A DNA stretch of 64,000 nt from Nitrososphaerota archaeon (lineage in GTDB: Archaea; Thermoproteota; Nitrososphaeria_A; Caldarchaeales; Caldarchaeaceae): the NCBI GenBank assembly GCA_041641305.1, contig JBEPYN010000002.1:466009-530008 (forward strand), given 5' to 3'. This document shows, one piece after another, positions 19,354-28,437 of the stretch (its first letter is position 1; each line of letters opens with the position of its first letter). The notes beneath the pieces were generated by a model that saw only the letters and a program-made list of their open reading frames with translations, was not told where the DNA came from and did not search any database. A program made the position numbers and the translations under genes.

Positions 19354-22300
19354 ATGGTTAGAATAAAGTCGGTGGCTATCACGGGTTTTAAATCGTTTGG
19401 AAACAAGAGAACCGTGATAAAGCTGCCGCCTGGCCTTGTGGTCATAACGGGGCCCAACGGCGGGGGCAAGTCCACAGTCCTCGACGCCGTAAAGTTTGCG
19501 CTAGGGGAGCTGAGCGCACACAATCTCAGGGTTGACAGGTTTTCTAAGCTGTTGCATGAATCAAGCAAGGGCACTGATGCTCAGGCCCTTGTGACCCTTA
19601 CGCTCGACAACTCCGACCACAGCATCCCCGTTGACTCGGAGGAGGTGGTCATAAGCAGACGGCTCTACTCGACAGGTGAAAGCGAATACATGCTCAACAA
19701 CCGCATCGTTTCAAGAAACGAGCTTCTCACGATTCTCTCAGCGGCTAACATCAAGCCGGATGGGTTGAACCTTGTGACGCAGGGCTCGGTTGTGGGCATC
19801 GCAGAGATGACGAGCAGGGAGCTTAGGGAGGTTTTAGAGGATGCGGCCGGCATATCCGGCTACAAGAAAAGACGCGACGAAGCTCATAAAGAGCTTGAAG
19901 TTGCACAGAAAAACATAGACATCGCGAAAGCAGCCACTTCGGAGGTAAGGTCACGCGTCAAACAACTTGAGCTGGAACGCAACCAGCTTCTTCGAAAAAC
20001 CCTAGCCGAAAAAATCCTCAACAGCTTGAAATCACTCTCTCTTGTCAACGAGTACAAGTCACATGCACAGGCTTTGAAAGAGCTTGACACACGTGCAGCT
20101 GATCTGTTAAACAGGCTTGCAGAGAAACAGGCAGAGGCCGAAGAGGTTAGAGCTAGGTTGGAGGCTCTCAGGACCGAGGCCGAGGAACTTGGGGACAGGC
20201 AGCGAGAACTGGCCGCCGAGGTCAGCAAAATAGACCGCACAGTTCTCAGCCTCGAGACAGAGAAATCCCGTAAAATAGCTGAGAAAAACTCTGCGGAAAA
20301 CGCGTTAAAACAGCTGGACCTACAGCGGAGGTCTCTGGAGACACGTGTCGCAAACTGGCGGGAGAGACAAAAACAGCTCAAGGAGGAACATGAAAAGAAA
20401 ACCTTGCAAGTTGAAGACGCACGCGAAAAATGGACTCTTAGGGAGGCAGAGTATAACGATTTCAAGAAACGTGTTGAAGAGCTTCAGAAAGAGGTCGACG
20501 AAGCCGAGAACAGTTACGCGGCAAAAGTGGAGGAGCTGCGTTTCCTCAAGCTCAGCGACGACGGCAAATCCCTTCTCCTCGACAACATCCAGAAACAGCT
20601 GACACGCAAACAGCAGGAGAAAAAAGAGGCTGAGGAAAGGCTTGCAGAGATCAGAAACAGCCTCAGCGAAAAAACCGAGCAACTAACCCATCTCGTAAAA
20701 TCTATGGAACAGCTATCCCAGCTGCTAGACAATCAGATAAACACGGCCAATACCATCCAGAGAGAACTCGAATCAAGACGTGAAAAAACCGCGTCAATCG
20801 ACAAACTCTTAGAAAAAACTCGTCTACTAAAGGCCGCTGGCCAACAGTTGCTTGAAACACTTCGGTCGGCCGTGAAAGAGGATAGGCGACAGAGTGGTCT
20901 CAAGACTGTTCGCGAAGTTTTTGGTGAGAAGCTCACGGGTGCACATGGGGCTGTTCTCGGTGACTGGCTTAACGCGGTTTTTGTCGCAGATGTTGAAGCG
21001 GCTTTGTCGCTGGCGAGGGAGGCGGCTGAGAAGAAGATTCCGCTTAAGATTGTTGCCGAGTCTCTAGACCTTGATTCGCTGGTGAAGGCCCTCACCCGCG
21101 GTGCAGGGTTTAGGACTGTGGAGTCTGTGAAGCAGCTTCAGCTCGGTGACAGAGACGTGGCCACGATGGACGGCGTGTATGTAGGAGATTCGGGAATAAT
21201 CAGCGTCGCCGGCGAAATGGGCGAGGCTGTAGCAGCCGAGAGGGTAAACAGAAGCATCGAAAGGCTCGAAGCGATTGAGGCCAAGCTTCTAAAGGCGAGG
21301 GAAACCTTTGACACGGAGGCCAAGCTCGCGGAAAAACGTCTCAGAGAAATACATGCCGAAATAGAGGAGACGAGGCGGCAGCTAAACTCAAAGACTCTTG
21401 AAAAAACCCGTCTCGAGACAGAGATAAACAACTTCTCCAAATCCATAGAAAACAGCGTCCAACGTCTCAAGCAACTCGAAGACGAGGTCTCGCGCCTCAT
21501 TCAGGAAAAGGAGAAGCTAACGCAGCTGTTAACCGATAAGACTGATGAGATTACTGCTCTCACACGTCTGAGACAGGAGGTGGCCGAGAAGAAGCAGATG
21601 CTGAGGAAAGCCGAGGAAGAGATGCGGAGGAAATCGCAGGAATCATCCACATTTTACCGCGCCTATATCAACCTCGAAAGGGAAAGGGATAGGCTTCTGA
21701 TTGAGCTTAGGAACATAGAGGAGTCTATTGCTGGTGCAGAGAAAGAGTTTGAGCAGATTGCTCAACGTGAACATGAGCTTGCCGAAGAGCTTGAGCGACT
21801 CCGCGGCATGGTAGAGGAGCTTGACCGGAAAATAGCTGAGGCCAGGGAGGTGAAGGAGAAGGTGGAGACGGAGTTGAGCCAGTTCTCCGGGACGCTGGCT
21901 GAGAAGAGTAAAGAGGTTAAACAGCTTGAACAGCATCTCGCCACCTTGTTGAACAAGGTTTCTGCACTTGAGAGGGAGAATAACAATTTGGCTATTGAAA
22001 GAGTTCGCATAGAGACCACCCTTAAGTCCATCGGCGAAAGGCTGCAGAGCATCGGCTCACCCGAAGAAGCGGAGACAACTCTCCCCCTTGAATTGATCCC
22101 ACATCTCGAAACAGAGGTGGCCGAGATACCTGTGGTCAACCAGCTTGCGGCTATGCAGTATGATAGCATAATCGAAAACTATCGCCTCCGCTCCACGAGG
22201 ATAAACGAGCTCGAGATGGAGAGAAAACGCATACTCGACCTGATCGAGTCTATTAACAGGGAGGAGGTGGACGCTTTCCGCAGAGCCTTGGACAGGGTTT

Positions 22301-22731
22301 CGGATAGTTTCAGCTTCTACTTTAACCAGTTAACAGGTGGAGAGGGTTTTCTCAAGCTCGAGAACCCCGATGACCCACTCAACTCCGGTGTAGAGATGCT
22401 TGTCAAGTTTGTTGGAAAACAGACCCGGAGCACTGTCTCGATAAGCGGTGGAGAGAAATCGGTGTCAGCGGTTGCGTTGATACTCGCATTACAGGACCTG
22501 ACACCGGCACAGTTCTACATGTTTGACGAAATCGACGCGCACCTCGACGTTGTATACGTCAAAAACCTCGTCAACCTTCTCAAGAAAATGTCGACCAAGA
22601 AACAGATAATAATCATCACTTTGAAGGACATTATCGCGGAGCAGGCGGATGCGTTGTATGGTGTCTACATGGCTAACGAGTCTTCGCATGTTGTTAGGAC
22701 GCGGTTGAGCGAGGTGGTTGAGGCTGGATAA
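19354..22731 (+). CDS. smc: chromosome segregation protein SMC
   Basis: 1125 aa. Walker A GPNGGGKST at the N-terminus, long coiled coils, a hinge, and C-terminal signature LSGGEKS with Walker B YMFDEIDAHLD. Confidence 0.9.
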   Translation: MVRIKSVAITGFKSFGNKRTVIKLPPGLVVITGPNGGGKSTVLDAVKFALGELSAHNLRVDRFSKLLHESSKGTDAQALVTLTLDNSDHSIPVDSEEVVISRRLYSTGESEYMLNNRIVSRNELLTILSAANIKPDGLNLVTQGSVVGIAEMTSRELREVLEDAAGISGYKKRRDEAHKELEVAQKNIDIAKAATSEVRSRVKQLELERNQLLRKTLAEKILNSLKSLSLVNEYKSHAQALKELDTRAADLLNRLAEKQAEAEEVRARLEALRTEAEELGDRQRELAAEVSKIDRTVLSLETEKSRKIAEKNSAENALKQLDLQRRSLETRVANWRERQKQLKEEHEKKTLQVEDAREKWTLREAEYNDFKKRVEELQKEVDEAENSYAAKVEELRFLKLSDDGKSLLLDNIQKQLTRKQQEKKEAEERLAEIRNSLSEKTEQLTHLVKSMEQLSQLLDNQINTANTIQRELESRREKTASIDKLLEKTRLLKAAGQQLLETLRSAVKEDRRQSGLKTVREVFGEKLTGAHGAVLGDWLNAVFVADVEAALSLAREAAEKKIPLKIVAESLDLDSLVKALTRGAGFRTVESVKQLQLGDRDVATMDGVYVGDSGIISVAGEMGEAVAAERVNRSIERLEAIEAKLLKARETFDTEAKLAEKRLREIHAEIEETRRQLNSKTLEKTRLETEINNFSKSIENSVQRLKQLEDEVSRLIQEKEKLTQLLTDKTDEITALTRLRQEVAEKKQMLRKAEEEMRRKSQESSTFYRAYINLERERDRLLIELRNIEESIAGAEKEFEQIAQREHELAEELERLRGMVEELDRKIAEAREVKEKVETELSQFSGTLAEKSKEVKQLEQHLATLLNKVSALERENNNLAIERVRIETTLKSIGERLQSIGSPEEAETTLPLELIPHLETEVAEIPVVNQLAAMQYDSIIENYRLRSTRINELEMERKRILDLIESINREEVDAFRRALDRVSDSFSFYFNQLTGGEGFLKLENPDDPLNSGVEMLVKFVGKQTRSTVSISGGEKSVSAVALILALQDLTPAQFYMFDEIDAHLDVVYVKNLVNLLKKMSTKKQIIIITLKDIIAEQADALYGVYMANESSHVVRTRLSEVVEAG

Positions 22732-23407
22732 CGGGTTTGCTGAGCAGCTGATGTCGGCTCCTTGGCGGATACTCTTTGACGTGACACGGCTGGATAGGGT
22801 GAAGGTTTGGGAGGTGAAGCTCTCGGAGGTTTTGACGGAGTTTGCCCAAGTTCTCCGATCACAGGGCTACATAGACTTCAACATCTGCGGAATAGCCGTT
22901 TACTCCGCCGCCGTCATACATCGGATAAAGAGTGAAAAACTTCTACAAGCCGATCAGCCGCCTAAACCCAAGCCCAAGCCCGAGATAAACATCATGCCAC
23001 CCATCGAGCTCCCCTTCAAACCCGAGCTAATTACAGCAACGCTACAGGAAATCGTGACAGCGCTTCAAAAAGCTCTTTCACAATCAGGCCGCAGCAAAAC
23101 CGAGACCGCCACACCCCAGATAATGGAGAACAGGCTGATACTCAACGAGTTCATAGTCAAGATTGAGGAGGAGCTTGACAAGTTTCTCGAAAAGCTGAGA
23201 GAAATATTCAGCGTGAAAACATCTATCACCTTCTCCGAGCTTGTGGAGGGAATGCCCCGTCTCGAGGCCGCCAAAACCTTCATACTTCTCCTCTTCGCCG
23301 CCGCCCGCCGCTATGTTCTGCTTCTCCAACCCGACGAGTTCAGCGACCTCGTCGTCCTTGGGGGTGAGCTTTCTGGAGCCTCAGGCGGACAGCAAGCTGG
23401 TGGCTGA
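22718..23407 (+). CDS. scpA: segregation and condensation protein A (kleisin ScpA)
   Basis: Directly follows smc, overlapping it by 14 nt. N-terminal LFDV..LDRVKVWEVKLSEV and C-terminal winged-helix FSEL..GMPRLEAAKTFILLL are typical of ScpA. Confidence 0.75.
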   Translation: MRLDNGFAEQLMSAPWRILFDVTRLDRVKVWEVKLSEVLTEFAQVLRSQGYIDFNICGIAVYSAAVIHRIKSEKLLQADQPPKPKPKPEINIMPPIELPFKPELITATLQEIVTALQKALSQSGRSKTETATPQIMENRLILNEFIVKIEEELDKFLEKLREIFSVKTSITFSELVEGMPRLEAAKTFILLLFAAARRYVLLLQPDEFSDLVVLGGELSGASGGQQAGG

Positions 23408-23975
23408 GGCCCTCCTATTCGCGTCAGACAAACCCGTGGACATCAAGACGCTGCAGCGCGCTCTCCGAACAAGGTCACCTGAAAAGGTTCGGAAAATTCT
23501 GGAGATGTTGAAGAACGAGTACAGCGGGAGAGCTGTGGAGATAGTTGAGCTGGACGGCGGGCGATACTACATGCGGCTGAGACCCGACCTCGCAGCCCAT
23601 GTCAAAAAATATACACGCCGCAAGATGCTTCCACACGGTGTCCTCAAAACCTTGGCGACAATCGCATACTACCAGCCCATACCGCTTTCAACACTCGCGG
23701 CAATACGTGGAAAAGACAGCTACAGGCAAATCAAGATACTTCAGGAAAGAGGGTTGGTCGAGTCTGAGAAAAAAGGCCGCACATCCGTTCTAAGGACTTC
23801 TCGACTTTTCGCGGACTTTTTCGGCGTGGAGAACACCCCGGCCTCCATCAAGTCGCTCATAGAAAAGATGCTTGCCTCGGGAGGTGAAACAAGTATAAAA
23901 CATGCTTCAACTCCGAAGAAGCAGAATGGTTCAGTGGCACAGCGACCTTCACAAACGCAAAAAGACGGGGGCTAA
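23400..23975 (+). CDS. scpB: segregation and condensation protein B
   Basis: Tandem winged-helix protein: AEALLFASDKPVDIKTL...LDGGRYYMRLRPDLAAHV and GVLKTLATIAYYQPIPLSTLAAIRG. The ORF is open from 23241, but the likely start is GTG at 23400, overlapping the scpA stop. Confidence 0.7.
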   Translation: MAEALLFASDKPVDIKTLQRALRTRSPEKVRKILEMLKNEYSGRAVEIVELDGGRYYMRLRPDLAAHVKKYTRRKMLPHGVLKTLATIAYYQPIPLSTLAAIRGKDSYRQIKILQERGLVESEKKGRTSVLRTSRLFADFFGVENTPASIKSLIEKMLASGGETSIKHASTPKKQNGSVAQRPSQTQKDGG

Positions 23976-24315
23976 GGCTCATCCAGCCAGGAGTAGGAGA
24001 AAGAGGGAACGCGGCGGCGAGATAAACCTTGTCTCGCTTGGGGAGCAAAAAGTGGTTACACGTAGAGCATCAGGCGGAAACCTTAAGGCAGCTGTTCTAT
24101 CGACGAAAACAGCCAACGTCGCAGTCGGCTCCGTTGTCAAGCGTCTCGAGATACTCCGCGTAGTATCCAACCCCAGCAACAGAGACTATGACAGAAGAAA
24201 AGTCATCACCAAAGGCACATTAATAGAGACGCCTGAGGGTCTCGCAAGGGTCACGTCAAGCCCCGGACAAGACGGCACAGTCAACGCCGTTCTCGTGAAG
24301 CAGGGAGGGGCTTGA
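23926..24315 (+). CDS. rps8e: 30S ribosomal protein S8e
   Basis: N-terminal MVQWHSDLHKRKKTG with an RKRERGG basic tract. C-terminal ITKGTLIETPEGLARVTSSPGQDGTVNAVLV matches the S8e signature. Overlaps the scpB 3' end by about 50 nt. Confidence 0.85.
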   Translation: MVQWHSDLHKRKKTGAKAHPARSRRKRERGGEINLVSLGEQKVVTRRASGGNLKAAVLSTKTANVAVGSVVKRLEILRVVSNPSNRDYDRRKVITKGTLIETPEGLARVTSSPGQDGTVNAVLVKQGGA

Positions 24316-24599
24316 TTAGACGTGATGGCTTGATTTTGTGGCCTGTTTACTTCGACTCTAAGAGCAGCCGTAAACAGGGGCGTCGTGTTTCACGCGGTCT
24401 CGCGGTTCAGAGGCCGTCGGCGGATGATTTGGCGGCGGCGTGTAGGAGGCTTGGCTACGAGGTTGAGAAGGCTGAGGCTGCTTACCCTCGGCGATGGAGC
24501 AGGAGAACTGGCTATGTTGTCGTGAAGCCGCGGCCGAAGATGTCGAAGAACATGTTTCTCAAGATGGTTGCGGAAGAGATGCGGAAACATGGTAAGTAG
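24312..24599 (+). CDS. srp19: signal recognition particle protein SRP19
   Basis: LILWPVYFDSKSSRKQGRRVSR...YPRRW is the conserved SRP19 core. Confidence 0.8.
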   Translation: MIRRDGLILWPVYFDSKSSRKQGRRVSRGLAVQRPSADDLAAACRRLGYEVEKAEAAYPRRWSRRTGYVVVKPRPKMSKNMFLKMVAEEMRKHGK

Positions 24600-24837
24600 A
24601 CAGACGCTGCGAAGGCTAAAGCTTCTCGGAGAAGTCCTCCACATCCGCAGGGACTACCTCGTCATCAGGGCCTACACCGTGCCACGGCTCGGCGACAAAG
24701 TCTACAACGGCAAGGGCAGAGAAGTTGGTTATGTCTCAAACATATTTGGGCCTGTGTCGTCTCCGTACGTGGCTGTTAAGCCCGCTGCGGAGGCTGAGGT
24801 TGTGGAGGGTGAGGCGCTATACGTGGAGAAGAGCTGA
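24589..24837 (+). CDS. gar1: H/ACA ribonucleoprotein complex subunit Gar1
   Basis: LGEVLHIRRDYLVIRAY...LGDKVYNGKGREVGYVSNIFGPVSSPYVAVKP is the Gar1 beta-barrel signature. The gar1-tfb gene order is conserved in archaea. Confidence 0.8.
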   Translation: MVSRQTLRRLKLLGEVLHIRRDYLVIRAYTVPRLGDKVYNGKGREVGYVSNIFGPVSSPYVAVKPAAEAEVVEGEALYVEKS

Positions 24838-24839
24838 GA

Positions 24840-25628
24840 ATTTGTCCACAGTGTGGAGAGCCTTCACTCGTTAACGACCCTGCTTCGGGCGAGCTTTTCT
24901 GCAGCGTCTGCGGCTCGGTTGTAGAGGAGAGAGCAGCATCAACAACTCCCACTAAGAAAATGTTGCTCGACCCCAGGGGCGGGGTAGGGCCTAGGGTTAC
25001 AAGCCTTCTACACGACGGGGGAATAGGGACAATCAGCAAGGGCCGCTTGTTCTCCGCTGACGAGAGGTTGTTGAGTCGGTTGCTGAGCGAAGTTTTCTGG
25101 ATAGCCGACAAGGCCGGTCTACCTCGTCAAACAGCCGAGGGAGCGGGGGAGCTCGCGAAAAAAGCTGTCGCATCGAAGCTGGTCAAGCGCTCGAGAAGAC
25201 CCGCCGCAGCGGCTCTGGTTTACCTGTCATCAAACAGCAACGGCCTCTGCAAATCCCTGGAAGAGATTGCCTCGGCGGCCGATGTCCCCCTCAACCAGCT
25301 CAACCGAGAGGTATCCAAGCTCGTTTTCGGCCTCAACCTGAAGCTCAAACCATTCAACATCGCAGCCCTAATAGACAAGCTGACACGGACCCTGGAGCTG
25401 CCGCCAACCCTGGCCAACACAGCCTGCAGAATCTACCAATCTGCAGCCAATTCAGGCAAACTTTCAGGCAGAAAGCCAGCCACCATATCCGCGGCCGCGG
25501 TCTATCTAGCCTGCCGCCGAGAAGGAGTAAAGAAGCCCCTCAGCACCGTCTCCGAAGCAGCGGGGGTCAGCGTCCTAACCCTCCGCAAAGCCATAGCCCT
25601 TCTCGAATCAACCGCCGAAACATATTAG
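24840..25628 (+). CDS. tfb: transcription initiation factor IIB (TFB)
   Basis: The in-frame N-terminal zinc ribbon ICPQCGEPSLVNDPASGELFCSVCGSVVEE (24840-24930) is followed by the linker and two cyclin repeats, ending in the C-terminal HTH. The first ATG is at 24960, downstream of the zinc ribbon. No ATG/GTG/TTG lies between the upstream stop (24810-24812) and the first Cys codon. Confidence 0.85.
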   Translation: MCPQCGEPSLVNDPASGELFCSVCGSVVEERAASTTPTKKMLLDPRGGVGPRVTSLLHDGGIGTISKGRLFSADERLLSRLLSEVFWIADKAGLPRQTAEGAGELAKKAVASKLVKRSRRPAAAALVYLSSNSNGLCKSLEEIASAADVPLNQLNREVSKLVFGLNLKLKPFNIAALIDKLTRTLELPPTLANTACRIYQSAANSGKLSGRKPATISAAAVYLACRREGVKKPLSTVSEAAGVSVLTLRKAIALLESTAETY

Positions 25629-25678
25629 ATGAGACATCTTTATCAATAAGCAGTGCGTTTATATCATTTTGGGTAAAC

Positions 25679-26026
25679 TTGCCTGCGAAGCTTTCTAAGC
25701 TGGAGGAGAAGGCGTTAGCGCTGTTGATGCAGAATGAAGTGGGGATGCTTCAGTCGGAGCTGTGGCATAAGCTGGGGGTGACGAGCCGTGAGGGCTCGAG
25801 GATAGGTATTAAGCTGGAGCGTAAAGGCTACATTAAACGGGTTAAGGCTTTCAGCAACGATAGGTGGACGCGGAGGCTTGTCCCCCTCATTAAGCAGATA
25901 AACATAGAGCCGCTTGTCGGCGTGCCCTGTCCCTCATGTGTGTATGACAACGTCTGTGGACCGAGAGGCGAACCCCACTACAAAACATGCATATTGCTAG
26001 AGGAGTGGCTGAGCGGCCAGAAGTAA
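25679..26026 (+). CDS. winged-helix protein with C-terminal 4-Cys motif (candidate TFE-beta-like transcription factor)
   Basis: 115 aa. N-terminal WH-like LSKLEEKALALL...KLGVTSREGSRIGIKLERKGYIKR. C-terminal CPSCVYDNVCGPRGEPHYKTC, a four-cysteine cluster. Located immediately downstream of tfb. Confidence 0.5.
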   Translation: MPAKLSKLEEKALALLMQNEVGMLQSELWHKLGVTSREGSRIGIKLERKGYIKRVKAFSNDRWTRRLVPLIKQINIEPLVGVPCPSCVYDNVCGPRGEPHYKTCILLEEWLSGQK

Positions 26027-26706
26027 AGTTGACGAAGGAGCAGTGGCTTCAGCGGAGAAGGGAAGACCCTTATTGGCGGAAAGCCAAGGAAATGGGCTAT
26101 CCCTCACGCGCCGCCTTCAAGCTTCTCGAGATACAGAAAAGATGGAAGATTATCCGCGAGGGTCATAGGGTGCTTGACCTGGGGGCCGCGCCCGGGGGAA
26201 TGGCGGCGGTCGCGTCAGACATCGTCGGCGAGAAAGGATTGGTGGTGGCGGTGGACAGGGAGCCTCTTCAGCTTGAATGGCCGAACATAGTCTCGATAAC
26301 GGCCGACATCTACGAAGCACGGTTGACCAGAGAGGTTCAAGAAGCTTTGGGCCAAGGTTTTTGCGACATCGTGGTCTCCGACCTCTCCCCCCACCACTCG
26401 GGAGACTATGACTTGTTGGTGGAGCAGCAGATAGACCTCCTCGAGGCAAGCCTCAACCTTTGCCACAGGTTTCTCCGAAAGGGTGGAAACGCGGTGTTCA
26501 AGGCCTTTGAACATCCTCGTCTAAGGGTTTTCGAGAGGAAGATGATGACGTGTTTCTGGAGGGTTGAGCGTTATGTGCCCCGGTCAACCAAGAAGGGGAG
26601 CAGCGAAATCTTTCTCCTCGGCCTCGGCTACCGGGGCCCGGCTAGGCGTCGGATGCTCGACCAGCGGCGGCCCTCAACACATCCTCAAGAGGAGCATCAG
26701 TCTTGA
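25987..26706 (+). CDS. rlmE: 23S rRNA (uridine-2'-O)-methyltransferase RlmE/FtsJ
   Basis: YRSRAAFKLLEI...VLDLGAAPGGM (SAM-binding site) and DIVVSDLSPHHSG. Characteristic FtsJ fold length. Confidence 0.8.
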   Translation: MHIARGVAERPEVKLTKEQWLQRRREDPYWRKAKEMGYPSRAAFKLLEIQKRWKIIREGHRVLDLGAAPGGMAAVASDIVGEKGLVVAVDREPLQLEWPNIVSITADIYEARLTREVQEALGQGFCDIVVSDLSPHHSGDYDLLVEQQIDLLEASLNLCHRFLRKGGNAVFKAFEHPRLRVFERKMMTCFWRVERYVPRSTKKGSSEIFLLGLGYRGPARRRMLDQRRPSTHPQEEHQS

Positions 26707-27832
26707 CAGCCGTCGGGTCCACGTGAGTTAGCGAGGCCCTGTAACCCATCGACCTCAAAGAAGCAACAAGCACTATCGGCGACCGAGGCGTCGAACCAGT
26801 TACATGAGCTATCCTATCCACAGGATAATAGCCGACAACGTCCACCTCCCCGCTTATCCTCTCTAAAACTTTCTGAGCCTTCGGCAAATCCATGGACTGT
26901 GCGAGCATCTTCTCAACATGTTCTTCGCTGTGTAGAGGCCCCAGCCAAGCAGGCCCTACAACCGAAGCCTTGCCCCCGCATCTCGGGCAAACCCTACTTG
27001 GGAAATCATGCAGTTGAGAGATTTCGCTGTATAGGCAGTTGCAGGCTTTTATCCATCCCATTTTCTCGAGCAACTTGATTACACGAGACCTGCCGCGGAG
27101 AACGTGGAAAAATACGCGGACAAAGTGTCTGTGCTGGACGCTGAGAACAGGTGTTGCCGCTATGTTCAACGCGGCTCCACGTATTATGACGAATGATGCG
27201 AGGAGGCGGAGAGCCGCTTCCTTGGCGAAAAAAGTTTTCCCAGAGTATAGCCCGTATTTTCTGAAGCATGTCTCGGGATGGTTTCCGACGAGAGGCGCCA
27301 AGTCCGTGGCGGAGACACCTATGTATCCGCCGTTCGCAACAGCGCGCAGACTGTTTTCCACAAACTTTACGGGGGCGCCTACCGGGTCCACATCAACATA
27401 GTGAACCCGCTCCCGCCATCCGCTAAGCCGCGTCAAAAACACAGCAGCATCACCCTCGAAAATCTCGCATCTACCTGCTACACCGTTCCACTCCGCGTTG
27501 AGGCGCATGACTTTCACCGCGTTTGGGTTGATGTCGTTCATCAAAACCCGTGTAACCGTGTTTGTCTCAACAAGCAGACGAATGGCTCTTACACCGGAGC
27601 CGGCGAGAGGCTCCGCTGCAACAGCCCCTTCGCCAAATGTTCTGGCCAAAATAACTGTCAAGTCTCTTGACAGTGCTGAGAAGGGGTTGTAGAAGACTGG
27701 GGAGCGTGTCGGAGCGGCTGGTTCACCGACGTTCGTCGTCGGAAACACGGGAGCCACAAACTCTACACGCCCCTCGCGGTACCATTTCGCCGGAAAACCC
27801 AGCGACTCCAACAAGCTCAGCTTCTCAGCCAC
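26642..27832 (-). CDS. trm1: tRNA (guanine26-N2)-dimethyltransferase Trm1
   Basis: N-terminal FYNP...SRDL, a Rossmann core, and the C-terminal zinc cluster CNCL...CPRCGG typical of archaeal Trm1. Confidence 0.85.
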   Translation of the reverse strand: MAEKLSLLESLGFPAKWYREGRVEFVAPVFPTTNVGEPAAPTRSPVFYNPFSALSRDLTVILARTFGEGAVAAEPLAGSGVRAIRLLVETNTVTRVLMNDINPNAVKVMRLNAEWNGVAGRCEIFEGDAAVFLTRLSGWRERVHYVDVDPVGAPVKFVENSLRAVANGGYIGVSATDLAPLVGNHPETCFRKYGLYSGKTFFAKEAALRLLASFVIIRGAALNIAATPVLSVQHRHFVRVFFHVLRGRSRVIKLLEKMGWIKACNCLYSEISQLHDFPSRVCPRCGGKASVVGPAWLGPLHSEEHVEKMLAQSMDLPKAQKVLERISGEVDVVGYYPVDRIAHVTGSTPRSPIVLVASLRSMGYRASLTHVDPTAVKTDAPLEDVLRAAAGRASDA

Positions 27833-28437
27833 CTCTTCACCACCTCGTAAACAACCCTCGGAACCCTATCCCTATTCACCGTGTCGAGAACATAGAGGTT
27901 TTCCCCAGCCATTTTCCTTATCGTCTGTGCCACGGGATGTGTGGCGGATACGTGGACGGTGAAGACCGAGGGTTTACCGCCGTGCAGAATTTTTTCCACG
28001 GTTTCCACGAATTTGTTGCTGAGAAGCTCCATAGGCCCCACCTCATCCACCGCCAAGACATCACATGTTGCCAAGCTTCTTTCAAGAGAGGCTACGCCAA
28101 GCCTCTCCAAATTGTCCAACATGACGACGTATTTGCCTATGCGGGGGCCTGCTCCAGCCGAAACCGATGCAAGCAACGCCTTTTCACCGCTCGTGATGTC
28201 CACGAGCTCAAACCCTTTCCTCACACCAGCCTCCCGAAGCTCACGGGTGTAGAAACCTCCCACCCTGAAGCCATCTCCCCTAAGCATCTCAACAACACGC
28301 ATCATCGCTGTTGTCTTTCCTACGCCTGGGCGGCCTGTAAACGCCGCTATCCTAGAACTCGTCAAGCCTTGTTTGTTTGAGGTTTTCAAGGGTGGCCCAT
28401 CCCATGCGAATGTATGGTCTGATAGCAGGTTGTTCAA
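27817..28437 (-). CDS. nucleoside-triphosphatase THEP1/MJ1559 family
   Basis: Walker A GRPGVGKTT, Walker B LAVDEVGPMEL and about 180 aa. The start is probably internal (TTG/ATG near FTGRPG), because the 5' part overlaps rnhB. Confidence 0.75.
   Translation of the reverse strand: MNNLLSDHTFAWDGPPLKTSNKQGLTSSRIAAFTGRPGVGKTTAMMRVVEMLRGDGFRVGGFYTRELREAGVRKGFELVDITSGEKALLASVSAGAGPRIGKYVVMLDNLERLGVASLERSLATCDVLAVDEVGPMELLSNKFVETVEKILHGGKPSVFTVHVSATHPVAQTIRKMAGENLYVLDTVNRDRVPRVVYEVVKRWLRS

Noticed and set aside
19665-22169. Several 60-190-aa minus-strand ORFs inside smc (for example 19884-20465, 20733-21095, 21762-22169), rich in Ser/Arg/Cys
   Set aside because: They are antisense to the long SMC coiled-coil coding region, where GAG/AAG-rich codons read in reverse give open Ser/Leu-rich frames. 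They have low complexity and no motifs, and they overlap a high-confidence gene.
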